Assembly: GCF_001194135.2 (NCBI RefSeq)
Contig: NC_068993.1
Span: forward strand, 25,343,730 to 25,392,253
Source of the DNA: Octopus bimaculoides
Taxonomy: Eukaryota
Length of the DNA: 48,524 nt
Reading direction: 5' to 3'
This document shows, one piece after another, positions 47,701-48,524 of this stretch; position 1 is the stretch's first letter, and each line of letters opens with the position of its first letter. The position numbers and the translations under genes were made by a program. A model generated the notes under the pieces. That model saw only the letters and a program-made list of their open reading frames with translations. It searched no databases and had not been told where the DNA came from.

Positions 47701-48521
47701 TTTTCTTCTCAAGTTCTTCTTTTTCTTTGGAGTCAGTGTCTTTTGATGTCAGCGATGCCTTATTCGGTTCCTTCTTATGATCCTTCTTCTTCTTCTTCTT
47801 GGGACCCTGTCAAGAAAAATGGACACATTACTAGATAGGTCAACTGAAATCAACCCTTTATAGCCAGCACTGATTGTAATTTCTATAGAAAATCTGTAGA
47901 GATAACCTTAACACGTGATTTAATAGCACTGCTAACACAGTAGAACACAATATTGACTTATAAAGCATTTAATATACTATTTAGTATATTACTAGCAAAG
48001 ATACCTGGCATTGCTCGTGTTACATTCAATTGAAGAATTAGACTTTTCTGTTATATTTTCTCTAATGAACTGGAATACCTATGATTTGAATTCCATCAAA
48101 ATTGCAGATGAGGGTTCTTTCCCTCTTTACACACCCTAAAAAAATTCTAATCATGTGACATGTATCCATACTACTGATATTTATGCACAGATTCCAAAAT
48201 TCCAGTGTTATGGAACCTGTTAAAAGGATTTTGCTCCTGAAAAATGGAGGTCATGGAGCTCTAAAATGTGGGAGTTAAGGCCCCCATTGGGGGGGGGGGG
48301 GTGTCTTAATGTCAACCAGAGAAGTTGAATTGTTGGGAATCTTTTTAACTTGGGTGTAATATGTATTGTTTGAATTTCTTTGAAATAGGAAATATATGTA
48401 TGTTTACTGGGTTTGTAAAAGAGAGCAAAGCTACAGGAAACCAAAAGACGAATGATCACAATAAGCAGTCAGCTACCCTACCCTAGTCGTTACCACTCCC
48501 CAATGTAGGATTCCTCACCAT
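524..48521 (-). CDS. DNAI7: Multi-exon gene, 3'-partial: dynein axonemal intermediate chain 7 / CASC1 (IC97 family) homologue
   Basis: Ten GT-AG exons join in frame: 48519-48521, 47689-47806, 38149-38225, 37946-38050, 29451-29591, 20860-20943, 16204-16373, 5289-5443, 4049-4143, 524-650. The product starts MGPKKKK and contains [25 protein letters not shown] and [48 protein letters not shown]. These match the CASC1/DNAI7 motifs as I recall them (MGPKAKK, WKHYIQCDGSPDP..EMNTFISL, VWANLKKNPR..GFEIPRILATSDIAVRLLHTHYDH). No search was run. Confidence 0.88.
1362..1570. repeat. Purine-rich minisatellite, about 4 units of 50-54 bp
   Basis: The unit ggaggaggagataaaggacaatggtagggatacaatgtgaagtgc recurs with variation. 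Confidence 0.75.
1940..2720 (+). mobile_element. Degenerate APE-type LINE, RT and C-terminal fragment
   Basis: Translates with frameshifts to GVPQGSLF... (RT) and [21 protein letters not shown]. Similar to the 16.6-19.2 kb element. Confidence 0.6.
3859..3920. repeat. (GA)n microsatellite, representative of many simple repeats
   Basis: Other tracts seen directly include (TAA)n 51-80, (CAG/CAA)n 4692-4737, (GT)n about 8135-8202, (CAC/CAT)n 12604-12677, (TA)n about 13322-13387 and (GA)/(TGG)n 44710-44828. Confidence 0.95.
4049..4143 (-). CDS. DNAI7: DNAI7 exon 9, Pro/Glu-rich linker ([32 protein letters not shown])
   Basis: Acceptor tttgactgttctag|AA, weak donor GAG|GTTATT, 95 nt, phase 1 to 0. 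Fits both neighbours and lies where the family has an acidic low-complexity linker. Confidence 0.72.
5289..5443 (-). CDS. DNAI7: DNAI7 exon 8 ([51 protein letters not shown])
   Basis: Acceptor atttccttag|G, donor G|GTAAGT, 155 nt, phase 2 to 1. Contains the GF.F(D/E)IP(K/R).LA..D.AV.LL.T..DH motif. Confidence 0.92.
6771..7635 (-). mobile_element. Degenerate mariner (DD34D) transposase, irritans-like
   Basis: Fragments [35 protein letters not shown]...[18 protein letters not shown] (34 residues between the Ds after correcting one frameshift) and [22 protein letters not shown]. Several stops and frameshifts. Confidence 0.88.
7935..8451 (+). mobile_element. tRNA-derived SINE (head A, internal (GT)n, tail 1)
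   Basis: A-box-like gtgtggtaag and B-box-like ggttcagtcc. The tail ends gcagtctaatgactgaaacaagtaaaaga. Homologous to the copy at 11610-11992. Confidence 0.8.
8904..9690 (-). mobile_element. RTE (BovB-like) LINE, 3' segment with (TAA)n tail
   Basis: [13 protein letters not shown]..., [58 protein letters not shown], ending gatggatgaac-taataataatag. Confidence 0.88.
9688..10472 (+). mobile_element. RTE LINE, inverted upstream RT segment of the same element
   Basis: [75 protein letters not shown], ending ETLKVV. Confidence 0.88.
11410..11552 (+). mobile_element. SINE head A fragment
   Basis: Shares tgtcttct...ctgggctgaccaaagccttgt.agtggatt.ggt.gacagaaactgaaa with the other head-A copies. Confidence 0.65.
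11610..11992 (+). mobile_element. tRNA-derived SINE (head A plus tail 1)
   Basis: ggctgtgtggtaa...gggttcagtt head; tail gcagttaaatgactgaaacaaataaaagaata. Confidence 0.8.
12410..12600 (-). mobile_element. SINE tail-1 fragment (others at about 4195-4365 minus, 21150-21358 minus, 12335-12390 plus)
   Basis: Reverse complement of the tail-1 motif (ttgtttcagtcatttgactgtggccat.ctgg). Confidence 0.7.
12655..12870 (-). mobile_element. Short RTE-3'-end repeat with (GAT)n tail (others at about 897-1075 minus, 2850-3070 minus, 13060-13305 plus, 30520-30660 plus, 36935-37085 plus, 43860-43930 plus, 45470-45662 plus)
   Basis: Shares gttggcattag.aagggcatccagc...ccatccaacccatgccagcatgga...cattaaatgatgatgat with the 3' end of the RTE LINE at 24560-24690. 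Confidence 0.75.
13625..15187. repeat. Long inverted repeat: arms 13625-13972 and 14833-15187
   Basis: The arms are reverse complements along their whole length, e.g. ctttttatttcttcatt / aatgaagaaataaaaag and ggatggtgacct / aggtcaccatcc. Both include the same (TAGA/TGGA)n block. Confidence 0.88.
16204..16373 (-). CDS. DNAI7: DNAI7 exon 7 ([57 protein letters not shown])
   Basis: Acceptor gcttgtgtctcag|ATA, donor AG|GTAAAT, 170 nt, phase 0 to 2. Contains the W(A/G)NL.KN.R motif. Confidence 0.9.
16620..19180 (-). mobile_element. Degenerate APE-type LINE (CR1/L2/Jockey group, clade unassigned)
   Basis: Endonuclease-like [12 protein letters not shown]...EAQSFAII...PPTH, and [13 protein letters not shown]...[16 protein letters not shown]...[10 protein letters not shown]. 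Many stops. Confidence 0.8.
19465..19678 (+). mobile_element. tRNA-derived SINE family B (others at about 4390-4570, 6125-6345, 27858-28062, 31880-32065, 47420-47530, all plus)
   Basis: gagctggcagaat A-box-like, ctgagttc.aatt B-box-like, conserved core gcctttcatcctttcggggttgataaaataagtaccag, end ccttgtgccaaaatttgaaacc. Confidence 0.8.
20860..20943 (-). CDS. DNAI7: DNAI7 exon 6 ([28 protein letters not shown])
   Basis: Acceptor attttctatttacag|TTG, donor AAT|GTTAGT, 84 nt, phase 0-0. Resembles LIEKLKFILLETPP...IIQYQE. Confidence 0.82.
21393..24690 (+). mobile_element. Near full-length degenerate RTE-clade LINE (APE plus RT)
   Basis: Endonuclease [91 protein letters not shown]-terminal LHWYGHV...RGRPRKTW. 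Frameshifts and stops throughout. Confidence 0.93.
24690..24835 (-). mobile_element. SINE head A, truncated
   Basis: Reverse complement of the head-A motif (gactgtgtggtaataagcttgcttcccaacc...gtgtcttctact). Confidence 0.7.
25600..26112 (+). mobile_element. 3' fragment of an RLE-type (R4/Dong/NeSL-like) non-LTR retrotransposon
   Basis: [22 protein letters not shown] and [39 protein letters not shown]...IADLQKSA match the restriction-like endonuclease C-terminus (RRPD...EK..KYQDL...VIPVVIGALG...LQKSA). Followed by a short (TAA)n. Confidence 0.7.
28382..28630. mobile_element. hAT-family MITE (Charlie-like TIR)
   Basis: 14-bp TIRs CAGTGCTTCTCAAC / GTTGAGAACCACTG (1 mismatch) and an 8-bp TSD ctctacat / cactacat (7 of 8 match). 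Confidence 0.88.
28859..29433. mobile_element. Putative non-autonomous element with 11-bp inverted ends
   Basis: TACCCTGCATG (28859-28869) and CATGCAGGGTA (29423-29433) are perfect inverted repeats around about 550 bp containing a (CA)/(TATG) block. No TSD seen. Confidence 0.45.
29451..29591 (-). CDS. DNAI7: DNAI7 exon 5 ([47 protein letters not shown])
   Basis: Acceptor ttgttatag|TGG, donor GCA|GTAAGT, 141 nt. Carries the W..(F/Y)..CDG.PDP...E.NT(Y/F)ISL motif of the Casc1 N-terminal domain. Confidence 0.92.
30130..30372 (+). mobile_element. SINE with head C and tail 1
   Basis: The head resembles that at 35690-35830. The tail aataagtcctggggtcgat...gccgcagtcaaatgactgaaacaagtaaaagagtaaaagag is tail 1. 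Confidence 0.7.
31349..31456. repeat. 53-bp pyrimidine-rich tandem duplication
   Basis: ctccttctcttcttacttcgctccccct(tc)n-ccattctta occurs twice in tandem. Confidence 0.8.
31780..31836. other. Assembly gap (N)
   Basis: Run of N after poly-T. Confidence 1.
32611..33401. other. Assembly gap (N)
   Basis: Run of N flanked by (TA)n. Confidence 1.
33477..33728. mobile_element. MITE/foldback with 46-bp TIRs
   Basis: 33477-33522 and 33683-33728 are reverse complements with 2 mismatches. Confidence 0.78.
34706..35562 (-). mobile_element. Internally deleted Tc1/mariner element, maT (DD37D) type
   Basis: ORF 34818-35462 has [20 protein letters not shown] and [13 protein letters not shown], with 37 residues between the second and third D. 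The first catalytic D and most of the HTH region are missing. Confidence 0.9.
35690..35940 (+). mobile_element. SINE, head C
   Basis: tagtggtt...gtgttgcactcat.atc...gattgtagtttca.ttc head, followed by ttcttgagcaaaacacttcatttca.gttgct.cagtcca. Confidence 0.55.
36078..36495 (+). mobile_element. tRNA-derived SINE (head A plus RTE-type tail 2)
   Basis: Head A as at 7935; the 3' end is ccatgcaagcatggaaaagtagccattaaaacaatgatgatgat, the RTE-like tail. Confidence 0.78.
37161..37723. other. Assembly gap (N)
   Basis: Run of N flanked by (TA)/(CA) repeats. Confidence 1.
37946..38050 (-). CDS. DNAI7: DNAI7 exon 4 ([35 protein letters not shown])
   Basis: Acceptor ttttcttctaaag|GAA, donor AGG|GTGAGT, 105 nt, phase 0-0, charged coiled-coil-like sequence. 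Confidence 0.82.
38149..38225 (-). CDS. DNAI7: DNAI7 exon 3 ([26 protein letters not shown])
   Basis: 77 nt, phase 1 to 0, donor AAG|GTACAT, 98-nt intron to exon 4. It supplies the phase change needed between exons 2 and 4. The acceptor is purine-rich and atypical, so the 5' boundary is uncertain. Confidence 0.55.
38722..38970. other. Assembly gap (N)
   Basis: Run of N between (TA)n and maT copy 2. Confidence 1.
38971..39812 (-). mobile_element. Second internally deleted maT (DD37D) copy
   Basis: [11 protein letters not shown]...WQQDSAPCH...[13 protein letters not shown]. Colinear with 34706-35562; ends CACCTG|TA; the other end abuts an N gap. Confidence 0.9.
39912..41776 (-). mobile_element. 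RTE-clade LINE, 5' end lost at (TC)n and gap
   Basis: [75 protein letters not shown] and a (GAT)n tail at 39912-39930. Same family as 21393-24690. Confidence 0.92.
41816..42222. other. Assembly gap (N)
   Basis: Run of N between (TC)n and the Penelope terminus. Confidence 1.
42223..43590 (-). mobile_element. Penelope-like element, 3' part (RT thumb, linker, GIY-YIG endonuclease, terminal repeat)
   Basis: [25 protein letters not shown] (thumb), [11 protein letters not shown] (linker Cys), [33 protein letters not shown] (GIY-YIG), [12 protein letters not shown]. Confidence 0.9.
45765..47250 (-). mobile_element. Degenerate APE-type LINE, RT and C-terminal region
   Basis: [46 protein letters not shown] (compare LYK.YIRP.LEYAS). 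Confidence 0.7.
47689..47806 (-). CDS. DNAI7: DNAI7 exon 2 ([39 protein letters not shown])
   Basis: Acceptor ttttcttgacag|GGT; 118 nt open frame ending in phase 1 at a weak donor G|GTTCAA. The Lys-rich GPK start is typical of the family. Confidence 0.75.
47992..48020 (-). mobile_element. Second Helitron-like 3' terminus (degenerate)
   Basis: Minus strand ACACGAGCAATGCCAGGT-atctttg-CTAG|T, similar to the end at 21-50. Confidence 0.5.
48519..48521 (-). CDS. DNAI7: DNAI7 coding exon 1: start codon only
   Basis: Minus strand reads TGT ATG|GTGAGG, a strong donor directly after ATG. The next exon starts GGT CCC AAG in phase 0 and has no Met, giving M|GPK. Confidence 0.65.
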
Positions 48522-48524
48522 ACA

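Noticed and set aside
1-48524. A new multi-gene or defence-like system
   Set aside because: All recognisable coding sequence is explained by one spliced DNAI7 gene and decayed transposons. I found no intact transposon ORF, nested gene or operon-like cluster. About 2 kb of gaps cannot be assessed.

Overview
AT-rich, microsatellite- and transposon-dense eukaryotic DNA with five N gaps. The SINE/LINE families and the (TA)n/(CA)n/(CAT)n load look like an octopus (coleoid cephalopod) genome; this is inferred from repeat content and was not verified. The window holds the 5' part of one minus-strand protein-coding gene, a DNAI7/CASC1 (axonemal dynein intermediate chain 7, IC97 family) orthologue. 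I reconstructed 10 phase-compatible GT-AG coding exons from 48521 down to 524 (1075 nt, about 358 codons, about 2% of the window). The gene continues past position 1. The introns contain two RTE-type LINEs, a third RTE with an inverted 5' half, three APE-type LINE relics, a Penelope-like element with a GIY-YIG domain, an RLE-type retrotransposon tail, mariner DD34D and maT DD37D relics, a hAT MITE, Helitron-like ends and many tRNA-derived SINEs. I see no convincing evidence of a wholly new multi-gene system. The best leads are the twin-priming-like RTE inversion, two degenerate minimal hammerhead ribozyme motifs in Penelope-type termini, a 64-nt pre-miRNA-sized hairpin that pairs best on the host sense strand, long intronic inverted repeats, and a candidate 24-nt microexon. 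Exon and short-motif coordinates were counted by hand; repeat boundaries are approximate. Family comparisons come from recalled motifs, not database searches.
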